Positions 1 to 9,799 of a stretch of 64,000 nucleotides of DNA are shown one piece after another; positions within the stretch are counted from its first letter, which is position 1; each line of letters starts with the position of its first letter. A program made the position numbers and the translations under genes. The stretch covers positions 32,001 to 96,000 of the forward strand of contig CAXXLL010000003.1 of NCBI GenBank assembly GCA_963662545.2, written 5' to 3'. The notes beneath the pieces were generated by a model. That model ran no database searches and had not been told where the DNA came from. It saw nothing but the letters and a program-made list of their open reading frames with translations. This DNA is from Gammaproteobacteria bacterium (lineage in GTDB: Bacteria > Pseudomonadota > Gammaproteobacteria > Ga0077536).

Positions 1-165
1 GGAGGCATGAAGACCCCAGGAGCCTGTATGGCATAGGATGAATCTACGGCGGCGGTAGGAAATCGGTCCAGCTTTCCGATCATGTTCGTTAAATAGTCAC
101 CACTATTCGCCTCGAATGATCGAAAAGCTGGCCTCGATTTCCCCCTCGCCTCGCTACGATTCCCT

Positions 166-990
166 ATGCCATACAGACGCCTAGTGGGCACCATCACCGC
201 CGTGCTGCTGGTCTACGCGGGGCTGTGTGCGCTCGTATACCTGGCCCAGCCCAGCCTGATTTACCATCCAGATCGCCAACTTACCGGCGCACCGGCCGAT
301 CGCGGGCTGGCATTCGAGGACGTTACTCTCGATACTGCCGACGGCGAATCGATCCACGGTTGGTACGTCCCGGCGGCAGAGTCCGCCAGCCACGTACTCT
401 TTTTCCACGGCAACGCCGGCAACATTTCGCACCGTCTGGATACCGTCGAGATTCTTCACCGGATGGGGCACGCGATCTTGATCGTCGACTACCGGGGATA
501 TGGGCGGAGCAGCGGCCGACCGTCGGAGGCCGGAACCTACGCCGATGCCGCCGCGGCCTGGGATTACCTACGCGACACGCTTGGCGTCGAACCGCAGCGG
601 ATCGTCGTCTATGGTCGCTCGCTCGGCGGCGCCGTCGCCGTATGGCTTGCCGCGAACCGCACGCCTGCAGGACTCATTATTGAATCGACGTTTACACACA
701 TGGCTGACATGGGCGCCCATCACTACCCTTACCTGCCTGCCCGAGCGCTGACGCGCATCCATTACGATTCACTGTCGCGCATGCCCTCGGTTCGTTGTTC
801 AGTGTTCGGCGCCCACAGCGACGAAGACGAAATCGTACCCTTTCATTTGGGCAAAAAGCTCGCTGATTCGGCGCGGAATCTCGCTCTGTTCGTGACGCTT
901 AAAGGTTCTCACAATGATTCCTTCCTACGCGGCGGAGCCGCCTATCACCGGGCACTCGACACGTTCATTCGCAGCGTGTCCGGTGATTGA
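166..990 (+). CDS. alpha/beta hydrolase (ABHD13/Bem46-like) with N-terminal membrane anchor
   Basis: FFHGNAGN, DYRGYG and GRSLGG nucleophile elbow; N-terminal hydrophobic helix. Confidence 0.85.
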   Translation: MPYRRLVGTITAVLLVYAGLCALVYLAQPSLIYHPDRQLTGAPADRGLAFEDVTLDTADGESIHGWYVPAAESASHVLFFHGNAGNISHRLDTVEILHRMGHAILIVDYRGYGRSSGRPSEAGTYADAAAAWDYLRDTLGVEPQRIVVYGRSLGGAVAVWLAANRTPAGLIIESTFTHMADMGAHHYPYLPARALTRIHYDSLSRMPSVRCSVFGAHSDEDEIVPFHLGKKLADSARNLALFVTLKGSHNDSFLRGGAAYHRALDTFIRSVSGD

Positions 991-1053
991 CCGGTGCCGG
1001 CCCTTCTGCGACATTGAACGCGCCCGCCACACGACCGAGATAAGCTCAAGACC

Positions 1054-1782
1054 ATGAAAATCCAGTTTTTCTCGGACATCCACCTCGAGTTCGGGCCAGC
1101 CGAACTGCCGCTGACCGATGCTGACATCATCGTCGCGGCAGGCGACGTGGGCGTCGGGACGACGGGCGCTGAATGGCTGAAAACGGGCGGTAAACCGACT
1201 CTATACATCGCCGGCAATCACGAATACTACGGCGGCGACATCGCCACGGTTCAACAGGACATTCAAGCGGCCGTGGCTGGGACGAAAATCGTCTTTCTCG
1301 AATGCGAATCGGCCGAGTTCGATGGGGTTAGATTCTTGGGTGCGACCTTCTGGACGAACTTCATGGGCGAAAACGAGAAGCTGATGGAAACGCTCAACGA
1401 GCAAATGAACGATTATCAACAGATCACTTATCAGGGACGCGACCTGGCGCCGCATGATCTGGCGGCGATCAACCGTGAATCCAGCGCCTGGCTGGAGGAG
1501 GAACTGGCCCGTGGCTACGACGGTAAAACCGTCGTCCTGACGCATCATGCGCCGCTCTTTGCAAGCTGGCGATCGTCTCTGAATTCCATTTTCAAAGGCG
1601 CCTATTGCAATAACTTGAGCCGCATGATCATCGACTACCCTATCGATCTCTGGATCCACGGACACATCCATGCGCGGTCGGACTATCTCGCGAACGATTT
1701 ACGTGTCGTGTGTAATCCTAGAGGTTATGACGGTTATCAACTGGTCGATGATTTCGACGCGGCACGGACCGTGACCGTGTGA
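1054..1782 (+). CDS. calcineurin-like metallophosphoesterase
   Basis: SDIHLE, AGD, GNHEYY, THHAP, HGHIH, NPRGY motifs. Confidence 0.85.
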   Translation: MKIQFFSDIHLEFGPAELPLTDADIIVAAGDVGVGTTGAEWLKTGGKPTLYIAGNHEYYGGDIATVQQDIQAAVAGTKIVFLECESAEFDGVRFLGATFWTNFMGENEKLMETLNEQMNDYQQITYQGRDLAPHDLAAINRESSAWLEEELARGYDGKTVVLTHHAPLFASWRSSLNSIFKGAYCNNLSRMIIDYPIDLWIHGHIHARSDYLANDLRVVCNPRGYDGYQLVDDFDAARTVTV

Positions 1783-1948
1783 TTAGCGCGGGCGCCTTTT
1801 AAGGTCACGTTAATGCAGTCGTTTCTCAATACGAACGCACGTGCAGAAAACCGCCTGCCACACCCGGGCACGCTGTTCGCGGCGGCTATAGGGGCGATTA
1901 TGCTACGATGCGCGGTCAACTTGGAGGCCGAATCGAAACGGCGCTGTC

Positions 1949-2287
1949 ATGCCCGAAAAACATACTTATAGGATTACATTTCACAATCAGGGAAAGGTCT
2001 ACGAGATCTATGCACAGAGCGTGCATCAAAGCGGTCTTTTCGGATTCATCGAAGTGGAACAAATCGTTTTCGGCGCAAAGTCCTCAGTTGTCGTCGACCC
2101 GTCTGAGGAACATCTCAAAACTGAATTCGAGGGAGTCACTCGCACCTACCTCCCCATGCACGCCATCATACGAATCGACGAAGTTGAAAAGACCGGACAC
2201 AGCAAAATTACCGATGGGGACGAACGCAGTAACAACGTCACACCGTTCCCCGTTTTCACGCCGGGCCAGGGAACAACGAAATCCTGA
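1949..2287 (+). CDS. DUF1820 family protein
   Basis: YRITFHNQGKVYEIYA...DPSEEHLKTEFEGVTRTYLPMHAIIRIDEV typical of the family. Confidence 0.8.
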   Translation: MPEKHTYRITFHNQGKVYEIYAQSVHQSGLFGFIEVEQIVFGAKSSVVVDPSEEHLKTEFEGVTRTYLPMHAIIRIDEVEKTGHSKITDGDERSNNVTPFPVFTPGQGTTKS

Positions 2288-2389
2288 CCCCCCCGAGGTG
2301 GCGGAATTTTTCGGCAGCGCCTCAGGTTTTTCGCTTTAAATACGCGTTGCGAATGATAGGACGTTTCCTTGTTTGTAACGGTATTCGTC

Positions 2390-2472
2390 ATTCGCCCGCA
2401 AGCGGGCTCCTACGCAGCCCCCGCACTGTGTTGGCGAAATCTCGAATCATAGGAGCCCGCTTGCGGGCGAAT
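2390..2472. repeat. REP doublet (GTAG-type, REPIN-like)
   Basis: 23-bp perfect inverted repeat attcgcccgcaagcgggctccta (2390-2412) / taggagcccgcttgcgggcgaat (2450-2472); each arm is internally palindromic. Confidence 0.8.
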
Positions 2473-2476
2473 TGAA

Positions 2477-3004
2477 ATGTGTCTCGTAATTCGGAACAGC
2501 TTTCTGGTTGCGTTCATCGTCCTCTGCGGTGCGTGCAACGCGGCGGCTGCCGCCGCCGCGCCGTGGACATTACGAGAATCGAACGCCATCGCCGCAGCCG
2601 GATACGCGCACGCCGTACAGGTTGATAACTCCGGAGGAGAAATCCGGGTATTCCGGGACGACCGCGCCCGCGTTTTTCTCGAATTCAAAATCTCGCCGGG
2701 GTTCGACGGCTTCTCGCGCTCGAGCTGCCCGACCTTCCAGATTGATGGGCGGAAACCCATGCATTTTTTCGATATCGACCGGTCCTGTCGCGTCGACGTT
2801 AGCCGCGCGATTTACGCGCTCGGACAAATTCGAAACAAGGTACTCACGTCGCTGATTTTGCATCGCTTGATGAACGGCGGAACCGTGGCGTTTCGCTACC
2901 TGACGCAGAACGGTGCTTATCACGAATCGAGATTTGCGTTGTTGCAGTCCAAGCAGGTCCTGCGTAATGCGCTCGGCCTCGATACGCGCATCTCACCGGA
3001 ATAG
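2477..3004 (+). CDS. hypothetical exported protein
   Basis: 175-aa ORF with signal-peptide-like N-terminus filling the gap in a + strand gene run. Confidence 0.6.
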   Translation: MCLVIRNSFLVAFIVLCGACNAAAAAAAPWTLRESNAIAAAGYAHAVQVDNSGGEIRVFRDDRARVFLEFKISPGFDGFSRSSCPTFQIDGRKPMHFFDIDRSCRVDVSRAIYALGQIRNKVLTSLILHRLMNGGTVAFRYLTQNGAYHESRFALLQSKQVLRNALGLDTRISPE

Positions 3005-3029
3005 CCGGCGCCACTCTGACTGGGCCTAA

Positions 3030-4160
3030 ATGCGAATTACCGTGCTCGATTCGCTGGCCGACATCGATCCCAAAGTCTGGGATGCCATGGCAGGCGGCGA
3101 TCCTTTTCTCAAGCACGGCTTTCTTCACGGGCTGGAGGTCACCGGCTGTTTGGCACCGCAGGGCTGGTACCCGCAGCACCTCGCTGTTTATGACGATGAA
3201 GTCTTACGCGGCGTACTGCCGTTATATGTGCGCGACAACAGCTACGGCGAGTTTGTTTTCGACTGGAGCTGGGCCGACGCCTTCGAACGTGCCGGCGGAA
3301 ACTATTATCCCAAGCTGGTCACAGCAATTCCCTTTTCCCCAGTGACCGGACGGCGGCTGCTGATCGATCCTAATGCCGAAAACCGTGCACAAATCGCCGA
3401 ATTAATGGTCGGCGCGGGTGTTCGTGCCTGCGACGATAACGGTATGTCGTCCTGGCACTGCCTGTTCCCGGAACCAGACGAACTGGCATCCTTTGAGAAG
3501 GCCGGTCTACTGACGCGGCTCGGCTGTCAATATCATTGGTTCAATCACGACTACGCGGATTTCGACGATTTCCTCGCCGCCTTGACGTCCAAGAAGCGCA
3601 AACAAATCAAACGAGAGCGACGTAAGGTATGTGAACAAGACCTGGAGATCGAAGTGTTGGTGGGCGACGATATCAGTGCCGATCACTGGTCTATTTTTCA
3701 CCGCTTTTACTGCTCGACTTTCTATCGCAAGTGGGGCGAACCGCGCCTTACCGAATTGTTCTTTCAGACCTTGAACGAACGGCTTCCGGGCGCGCCCATG
3801 CTGTTACTTGCGAGCGCCGACGGTGAATATTTCGCGGGCGCTTTTGCGTTAGTGGGGGAAGACACGCTCTACGGCCGGCATTGGGGTTGCAGCGAGTCCC
3901 GCGATAATTTGCATTTTGAGCTGTGCTACTATCGAACCATCGAATACTGCATCCGGCACGGACTCAAGCGGCTCGATGCCGGTGCACAGGGCGAACACAA
4001 ACTTGCACGTGGATTCATCCCTGTCAGCACTTGGTCCATGCACTGGATACGCGACACCGGTTTCAGGCATGCCGTGGGCGAATTCGTGAAACGCGAACGC
4101 CAAGCGTTGGAACAACAAATGCGCGCGCTGGAAGCACACGTCGCCTTCAAGCAGGACTAA
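3030..4160 (+). CDS. GNAT family N-acetyltransferase (FemAB-like / DUF482)
   Basis: SYGEFVFDWSWA, YGRHWG, LHFELCYY, AGAQGEHKLARGF; usual neighbour of aat. Confidence 0.88.
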   Translation: MRITVLDSLADIDPKVWDAMAGGDPFLKHGFLHGLEVTGCLAPQGWYPQHLAVYDDEVLRGVLPLYVRDNSYGEFVFDWSWADAFERAGGNYYPKLVTAIPFSPVTGRRLLIDPNAENRAQIAELMVGAGVRACDDNGMSSWHCLFPEPDELASFEKAGLLTRLGCQYHWFNHDYADFDDFLAALTSKKRKQIKRERRKVCEQDLEIEVLVGDDISADHWSIFHRFYCSTFYRKWGEPRLTELFFQTLNERLPGAPMLLLASADGEYFAGAFALVGEDTLYGRHWGCSESRDNLHFELCYYRTIEYCIRHGLKRLDAGAQGEHKLARGFIPVSTWSMHWIRDTGFRHAVGEFVKRERQALEQQMRALEAHVAFKQD

Positions 4161-4204
4161 GGAACCTCTGAATAAGTTATGGCACACCTGCCTTGCGCCT
4201 GCAA
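4161..4204. repeat. truncated MITE end (same family as 30977-31138)
   Basis: ggaacctctgaataagttatggcacacctgccttgc resembles the reverse complement of the right end of the MITE at 31138. Confidence 0.7.
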
Positions 4205-4932
4205 TGGATCGCCATGATCTGACCAGTTCCCTGTATTGGGTCCTGGATTGCCGCCTGGCCCAGGATTTCCCGCCGACCGATCACGCACTCGATGAACCGG
4301 ACGGCTTGCTCGCGATAGGCGGCGATCTCAGTGTCGAACGCCTGGTTCACGCGTATTCACGTGGAATTTTTCCGTGGTATTCGGACGGTCAACCGATTTT
4401 GTGGTGGACGCCGAACCCGCGATCGATCCTTGAGCCCGAAGCGGTTCATCTCTCTAAAAGCCTTGCCAGAAAAATTCGTAAAGGCCTTTTCAATCTCGAG
4501 TGGGACCTCGCGTTCGAGCTCGTTATCAACGCCTGCGCCGCACCACGCGACCCGCACGGAGGGACCTGGATCACGAGCGACATGCGCGACGCGTACCTGG
4601 AATTGTACCGGCGCGGCATTGCACATTCGGTCGAATGCTGGCGCGACGGGGTACTATGCGGTGGCCTCTACGGAATCGCAATCGGGCGCATTTTTTTCGG
4701 TGAATCGATGTTCAGTCACGAACGCGATGCATCCAAAGTTGCTTTCATTCACCTTTGCCGCCTGCTTGGGGATTGGGGTTATCGCTTGATTGACTGCCAG
4801 ATCCATACGCCACATCTTGAGCGGCTCGGCGCGCGATGCGTGTCACGCCACGATTTCGAAACAATGCTCCACACGTGGGTTGATCAAACCGTGTCGCCGT
4901 CGGCGTGGCAGCATCTAGGACGGCCGTCGTGA
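4204..4932 (+). CDS. aat: leucyl/phenylalanyl-tRNA--protein transferase
   Basis: GLLAIGGDL, YSRGIFPW, GGLYG, FFGESMFS, DASKVA, LIDCQ. Confidence 0.95.
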   Translation: MDRHDLTSSLYWVLDCRLAQDFPPTDHALDEPDGLLAIGGDLSVERLVHAYSRGIFPWYSDGQPILWWTPNPRSILEPEAVHLSKSLARKIRKGLFNLEWDLAFELVINACAAPRDPHGGTWITSDMRDAYLELYRRGIAHSVECWRDGVLCGGLYGIAIGRIFFGESMFSHERDASKVAFIHLCRLLGDWGYRLIDCQIHTPHLERLGARCVSRHDFETMLHTWVDQTVSPSAWQHLGRPS

Positions 4933-5693
4933 CTGAACCGCCGACGGCGCCCCGTCTCGGATTCTTTACCTCACCGCCGCATGAATGCGGCTACCTTCCG
5001 GCGCGTGACGCCGTGACGATGTTTACCGATCCACGTTTGAACCTGAATATCGAGGCCTATACCTGGCTTTCCGCACATGGATTCAGAAGAAGCGGCGCCC
5101 ATGTATACCGGCCACACTGTGGCTCGTGCAACGCCTGTATCGCGGTGCGCGTAGCCGTCGATGAATTCAAACCGCGTCGGATTCACCAGCGCACGATCGT
5201 GGCGAACCAGGACCTCGAAATCAAACATCGGCCGGCGTGTTTCGACCCCGAGCATTTTCGACTGTACGAATCCTATCTCACCGCGCGGCATCCCGATTCC
5301 CGGATGGATTCATCCAGCCCCAGCGCATACATGAGTTTTCTCACGGCTTACTGGTGCGAAACGGATTTCTACGAATTTCGCCGCAAGGATGAGCTACTGG
5401 CCGTCGCCGTCGTCGACAAACTCGGTGACGGGTTGTCGTCGGTCTATACATTTTTCTCGCCCGATCACCAAAACCGCAGCCTTGGGCGGTTCGCCATACT
5501 CAAGCAGATCGAATGGGCCCGCACGGCCGAACTTCCCTGGCTGTATCTCGGATACTGGATCAAAGCTTGCGGCAAGATGTCTTATAAAAACGAGTATGCG
5601 CCGCTCGAATACTACCGAGACGGTCATTGGACGAGGGATCCCGCTTCGCGTAGCGCCATCGTGGAAAGCCGCGAAGCGCAATCCCGTCGATGA
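4929..5693 (+). CDS. bpt: aspartate/glutamate leucyltransferase (ATE-like arginyltransferase family)
   Basis: CGYLP, GFRRSG, YRPHCGSCNAC, LSSVYTFF, YLGYWI, KMSYK; GTG start overlaps the aat stop. Confidence 0.9.
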   Translation: MTEPPTAPRLGFFTSPPHECGYLPARDAVTMFTDPRLNLNIEAYTWLSAHGFRRSGAHVYRPHCGSCNACIAVRVAVDEFKPRRIHQRTIVANQDLEIKHRPACFDPEHFRLYESYLTARHPDSRMDSSSPSAYMSFLTAYWCETDFYEFRRKDELLAVAVVDKLGDGLSSVYTFFSPDHQNRSLGRFAILKQIEWARTAELPWLYLGYWIKACGKMSYKNEYAPLEYYRDGHWTRDPASRSAIVESREAQSRR

Positions 5694-5781
5694 ACGCGGC
5701 ATTTTCTTCTTTTGCGACTGCCTTTGCTGCGCCTGCCCGATTGAGGCACAATTGCGCGCTTCCTAGCGAGACCGAGGAATT

Positions 5782-6000
5782 ATGCCAAAGGAAGACCAAA
5801 TCGAAATGCAGGGTAAGGTCATCGAAACCTTGCCCAACACCATGTTTCGAGTGGAACTCGAAAATGGCCATGTCGTGACCGCTCACATATCCGGCAAGAT
5901 GCGAAAAAATTACATCCGCATTCTGACGGGGGATACAGTGACGGTCGAACTGACGCCCTACGATCTCTCGAAGGGACGGATCACCTACCGCGCCCGCTGA
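5782..6000 (+). CDS. infA: translation initiation factor IF-1
   Basis: 72 aa, canonical IF-1 sequence ([16 protein letters not shown]...[12 protein letters not shown]). Confidence 0.99.
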   Translation: MPKEDQIEMQGKVIETLPNTMFRVELENGHVVTAHISGKMRKNYIRILTGDTVTVELTPYDLSKGRITYRAR

Positions 6001-6066
6001 GCACAGGGTTTCGATGGTCCGCCGTTGAATTCTGGGCGGCCGAAAACCGGGGTTTTCGCCAACCTA

Positions 6067-6525
6067 TCAAGAGCGCAGCTCGGCCAGCAGTGCAATGACA
6101 CCGTCGGCGATGAGGCGGCCCGCCGTTTCGTATCCCCGCCGATTACCGCCGTAAGGATCCGGCACTTCGATGAATCCTGAGCGTGCGGTGGAAGGCATCA
6201 AAGTGATCGTTCCCGCAAACGCCTCCGGCCGTATGAAGCTGATCAGATCCAGATGTCCCCGGTCCAGCGCCACAATGGTATCGAACCGTACGAAATCCGC
6301 CTGCTCGAGTGGGCGAGATCGCAATGCGGAGATGTCCGCACCATACGCGGCGGCAACGGCTACCGCGGCAGGTGCCGGGCAAATACCCTCCCCGGCGTGC
6401 GTCCCGGCGGAATCGACCAGCCACCCGGTGTGTTCGCCATACCCGTCGAGTGCGGCCTGGAACAGGCCCTCGGCCATCGGCGAGCGGCAGATATTACCGG
6501 TGCAAACGAATAAGACGCGCTGCAT
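6067..6525 (-). CDS. low molecular weight protein-tyrosine phosphatase
   Basis: VCTGNICRS P-loop and DPY motif. Confidence 0.93.
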   Translation of the reverse strand: MQRVLFVCTGNICRSPMAEGLFQAALDGYGEHTGWLVDSAGTHAGEGICPAPAAVAVAAAYGADISALRSRPLEQADFVRFDTIVALDRGHLDLISFIRPEAFAGTITLMPSTARSGFIEVPDPYGGNRRGYETAGRLIADGVIALLAELRS

Positions 6526-6689
6526 GCGCTAGTAAGCCGTCCGGCCAATCGGTTCCACAATTTGCTGTTTCTTTTTGCCCCCGGATGTCGTGCTCGTCCT
6601 TGTGCAAGGCCCGCTACACGGCGTTTTCACGGCGTGCCAGCAACAATTATCCCTGCGCGACTTATGAAACCAGTTCGCGGGACGGCACA

Positions 6690-7433
6690 CTAGGCTCGGC
6701 GCAGCTGCTCCAGATCAGCGCGCGTATCGATGCCGGCGCCGCAAGCGGCGACGGCATCGGCGGCAATAATACTTGCACCGAAATCGAGTGCACGCAGCTG
6801 TTCCAGGCATTCGAGTTCCTCGATCTGCACGGGCGGTGCGGCCGCGAAACGGGCGAGGAAGTCGGTGCGAAACCCATAGATGCCGACATGCCGCCGGTAC
6901 GCCTCTAGCGCATGAGTCACCCGAGCACCATCGGCAAATTCGTCCCGGCTCCACGGAATTGTCGCGCGGCTGAAGTAGAGTGCGCGGTCGTTTGAGTCGC
7001 GTACCAGCTTGACGACGTTGGGGTCGAACAGCTGCTCGAATGCAAGCGGTTCACAAATGGTCGCGAGGTCGCATTCCGGACTCTGGGCCAGCGCGGCGAC
7101 CTGTCGAATCACACTGGCCGGAATATCCGGTGTATCGCCCTGGACATTGACGATCACGAGATCAGCCGGTTCGCCCCTGACGCGCACTGCTTCTGCAATT
7201 CGATCGGTTCCGGAGCGGTGATTGGGGGATGTCATGCAGGCGCTGGCCCCGAATCCAATGGCCGCGTTCAGGATGCGTTCGTCATCGGTCGCAATGATGA
7301 CGTCTTCCGCGCCGCTCTCGCGCGCGCGTTCATAGGCATGCTGGATCAGCGGTTTCCCATGAATCTCAAGAAGCGGCTTACCCGGCAGGCGAGTCGCACC
7401 GTAGCGAGCCGGGATGTAAACCTTGAACTTCAA
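6690..7433 (-). CDS. kdsB: 3-deoxy-manno-octulosonate cytidylyltransferase
   Basis: [32 protein letters not shown]. Confidence 0.96.
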   Translation of the reverse strand: MKFKVYIPARYGATRLPGKPLLEIHGKPLIQHAYERARESGAEDVIIATDDERILNAAIGFGASACMTSPNHRSGTDRIAEAVRVRGEPADLVIVNVQGDTPDIPASVIRQVAALAQSPECDLATICEPLAFEQLFDPNVVKLVRDSNDRALYFSRATIPWSRDEFADGARVTHALEAYRRHVGIYGFRTDFLARFAAAPPVQIEELECLEQLRALDFGASIIAADAVAACGAGIDTRADLEQLRRA

Positions 7434-7621
7434 GAACCCAGCTGCTCGATTTCTTCGGGGCTGATCTCACGCGCTTCGTCCTCCAACATCACCGGTATCC
7501 CATCGCGTATGGGATAGGCCAGCCGGGCTGCTTTCGAAATCAGTTCGCCCTTTTCTTTGTCGTAAATAAGTGCGCCTTTCGTTACGGGGCACACGAGCAG
7601 ATCAAGCAGCTTCTTGTCCAT
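7430..7621 (-). CDS. Trm112 family protein (YcaR-like)
   Basis: [12 protein letters not shown]...[12 protein letters not shown]; lies between lpxK and kdsB. Confidence 0.93.
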   Translation of the reverse strand: MDKKLLDLLVCPVTKGALIYDKEKGELISKAARLAYPIRDGIPVMLEDEAREISPEEIEQLGS

Positions 7622-8612
7622 GGAATACCCTTCTCAATAGCGTTTTGACACGGCGTTCGAATACGTCGGGAAGTTCGGCCGCGACCGGTACGTACCAGAA
7701 TCGATCGTCCTTTAGATGTTCGCACTTTACTGCATCCTTTTCGGTCATGAGAACCGGATGCTCGTCACCGAAAGCGAAATCGTCCGCCACAAAACGATGA
7801 TGATCGGGAAACGGATGCGGCGTGACGCGAAATCCGTTGCGCTTGAGGAGTGCGAAGAAACGCTCCGGATTACCGATTCCCGCAACCGCATGTACTACTT
7901 TTGGCGCAAACGCCTCGAACGTTTCCGAGCTTTGGGCGTCCATCATTCGATGGACGCGACCAGCGAGGTATCGCATCGAAAATTCGCCGCGCGCGGCCAG
8001 ACCATTGGTCACGATCAAGTCGACCCGGTCAAGTCGGGACGGCGGTTCCCGCAGCGGTCCCGCCGGCAGGCAGGCGCCGTTTCCAAAGCGGCGAATACCG
8101 TCGACGACGGCGATTTCGATGTCACGAGCGAGCGCGTAATGTTGCAGCCCATCGTCGCTGATAATGATGTTCACGCCGGAATGCTTGCGTAGCGCAATGA
8201 TGGCCATACGGCGATTCGGCCCGACCGCGACGGGCATTCCGGTACGCCGGGCCAGAAGCACCGCTTCGTCGCCAACGGCAACGGGATCGCTGTCGGCCCT
8301 GACCTGTTGCGGCCAGTTCGTCGCAATACCACGGTAGCCCCGTGCGACGATCCCCGGCTGGAAACCAAAATCCTTCAACTTACGAGCGAGCCAGATCACC
8401 AGGGGTGTTTTACCCGTACCCCCGATCGATATGTTCCCGACGACGATGATCGGTACCGGCGCTCGGTAAACGCTGAGCAGCCCCGACTCATACGCCGCCC
8501 GGCGCGCCCAGGCACATGCCTGATAAAGACGGCCCAGCGGGGCGAGCAGGATGCGGGCAGGGTGTTTTCCGTACCAGACGTCGTCGAGCATGTCATGCCA
8601 GGTGTTGTTCAA
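7602..8612 (-). CDS. lpxK: tetraacyldisaccharide 4'-kinase
   Basis: [35 protein letters not shown]; start uncertain (8612 TTG or 8591 ATG). Confidence 0.95.
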   Translation of the reverse strand: MNNTWHDMLDDVWYGKHPARILLAPLGRLYQACAWARRAAYESGLLSVYRAPVPIIVVGNISIGGTGKTPLVIWLARKLKDFGFQPGIVARGYRGIATNWPQQVRADSDPVAVGDEAVLLARRTGMPVAVGPNRRMAIIALRKHSGVNIIISDDGLQHYALARDIEIAVVDGIRRFGNGACLPAGPLREPPSRLDRVDLIVTNGLAARGEFSMRYLAGRVHRMMDAQSSETFEAFAPKVVHAVAGIGNPERFFALLKRNGFRVTPHPFPDHHRFVADDFAFGDEHPVLMTEKDAVKCEHLKDDRFWYVPVAAELPDVFERRVKTLLRRVFHGQEAA

Positions 8613-8631
8613 GCGATCCGCGCCTCGGCAC

Positions 8632-9051
8632 TCACTCCTGCTCGCGTAAACGTGTCGGGAATGTGATTCGGTATAGCTTAGCCTGCCGCGCCGCATCCAT
8701 AACGTCGACCACCGTTTGGTGGCTGGCTTGTGCGTCGGCACGGATGATCACGACCGGGTCACCGTCGTCGGTTCGTGCATCCAGCAAGGCTTGCCGGATC
8801 GTAATGAGTTTGGTGTTGATCAAGGCCATTTCGTTGATGAAAATATTACCCTCGCGATCAATTGATATTTCAATCTTGTCGAGTGGATCTTCACGCAATT
8901 CCTCGCTGGCCTGGGGTAGGGTCAGGTCGATTTCCGACTCCTTGATGAACGTGGTTGAAACCATGAAGAAAATGAGCAGCAGGAATACAACGTCGATTAA
9001 CGGCGTCAGATTGATATCGACGTCCTGTTCACTGGTCGGTCGGAAATTCAC
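8632..9051 (-). CDS. exbD: ExbD/TolR family biopolymer transport protein
   Basis: INLTPLIDVVFLLLIFFMV motif. Confidence 0.9.
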   Translation of the reverse strand: MNFRPTSEQDVDINLTPLIDVVFLLLIFFMVSTTFIKESEIDLTLPQASEELREDPLDKIEISIDREGNIFINEMALINTKLITIRQALLDARTDDGDPVVIIRADAQASHQTVVDVMDAARQAKLYRITFPTRLREQE

Positions 9052-9052
9052 G

Positions 9053-9685
9053 TCAGCCGCCGGATCCTGCTTCTTCTCTTTCGCGTTCGCCGTGCAGTAC
9101 TTCGACGAGCTTCAGCGCTTCCTGCTCCATTGCGACGACGAAACCTTCAACCCGGCCGCGAAAAAACCGATAGAACATTAGTGTCGGGATCGCCACGGAC
9201 AGCCCTGCAGCGGTCGTGATCAAGGCTTCCGAGATCCCGCCGGCAAGAACAGAAGCATCACCCACGCCCTGTGCCGTGATCGCCGCGAAGACCTTGATCA
9301 TGCCGATCACGGTGCCGAGTAAACCGAGCAAGGGCGTAATCGCGGCAATGGTTCCGAGTGTGTTCAGGTAACGTCCCAATTCATAGACGACGTGCCGGCC
9401 CACTTCCTCGATGCTTTCCTTCATGACGATGCGGTCATGCTCCCGATTGACCAGCCCGGCGGACAACACCCTGCCCAGTGGCGAGCCGTCGCGCAACGCC
9501 TGAATACGCTTTGCATCGAGGACATCGGAGCGCGCCCATTGCCAGACCTGAGCGACGAGGTTATCCGGCGTAATACGGCGGGTCTGTAACGACCAGAAGC
9601 GCTCGACGATGAGCGCCATGGCGATGACGGAGGACATCAATATCGGCAACATCATCCATCCACCTGCTTTGACGAATTCCAACAC
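9053..9685 (-). CDS. exbB: MotA/TolQ/ExbB proton channel protein
   Basis: PLLGLLGTVIGMI, GGISEALITTAAGL. Confidence 0.9.
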   Translation of the reverse strand: MLEFVKAGGWMMLPILMSSVIAMALIVERFWSLQTRRITPDNLVAQVWQWARSDVLDAKRIQALRDGSPLGRVLSAGLVNREHDRIVMKESIEEVGRHVVYELGRYLNTLGTIAAITPLLGLLGTVIGMIKVFAAITAQGVGDASVLAGGISEALITTAAGLSVAIPTLMFYRFFRGRVEGFVVAMEQEALKLVEVLHGEREREEAGSGG

Positions 9686-9799
9686 GGGGGGACACTCTCC
9701 TCACAACGCGTGCGCTGCACACCAGATTGCGGCAGACCTTACCAAACGGAATGTAACGCGCCTAGCCCGGATATCTCACCAGACGGTCTTCCGTGGCTC

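Noticed and set aside
1-83. Possible 5' end of a minus-strand gene at the window edge
   Set aside because: Only ~27 codons are visible, with no recognisable motif.
8612-8632. Absence of msbA between exbD and lpxK
   Set aside because: The exbBD-lpxK-trm112-kdsB-phosphatase order without msbA occurs in other gammaproteobacteria, so it is not unusual.
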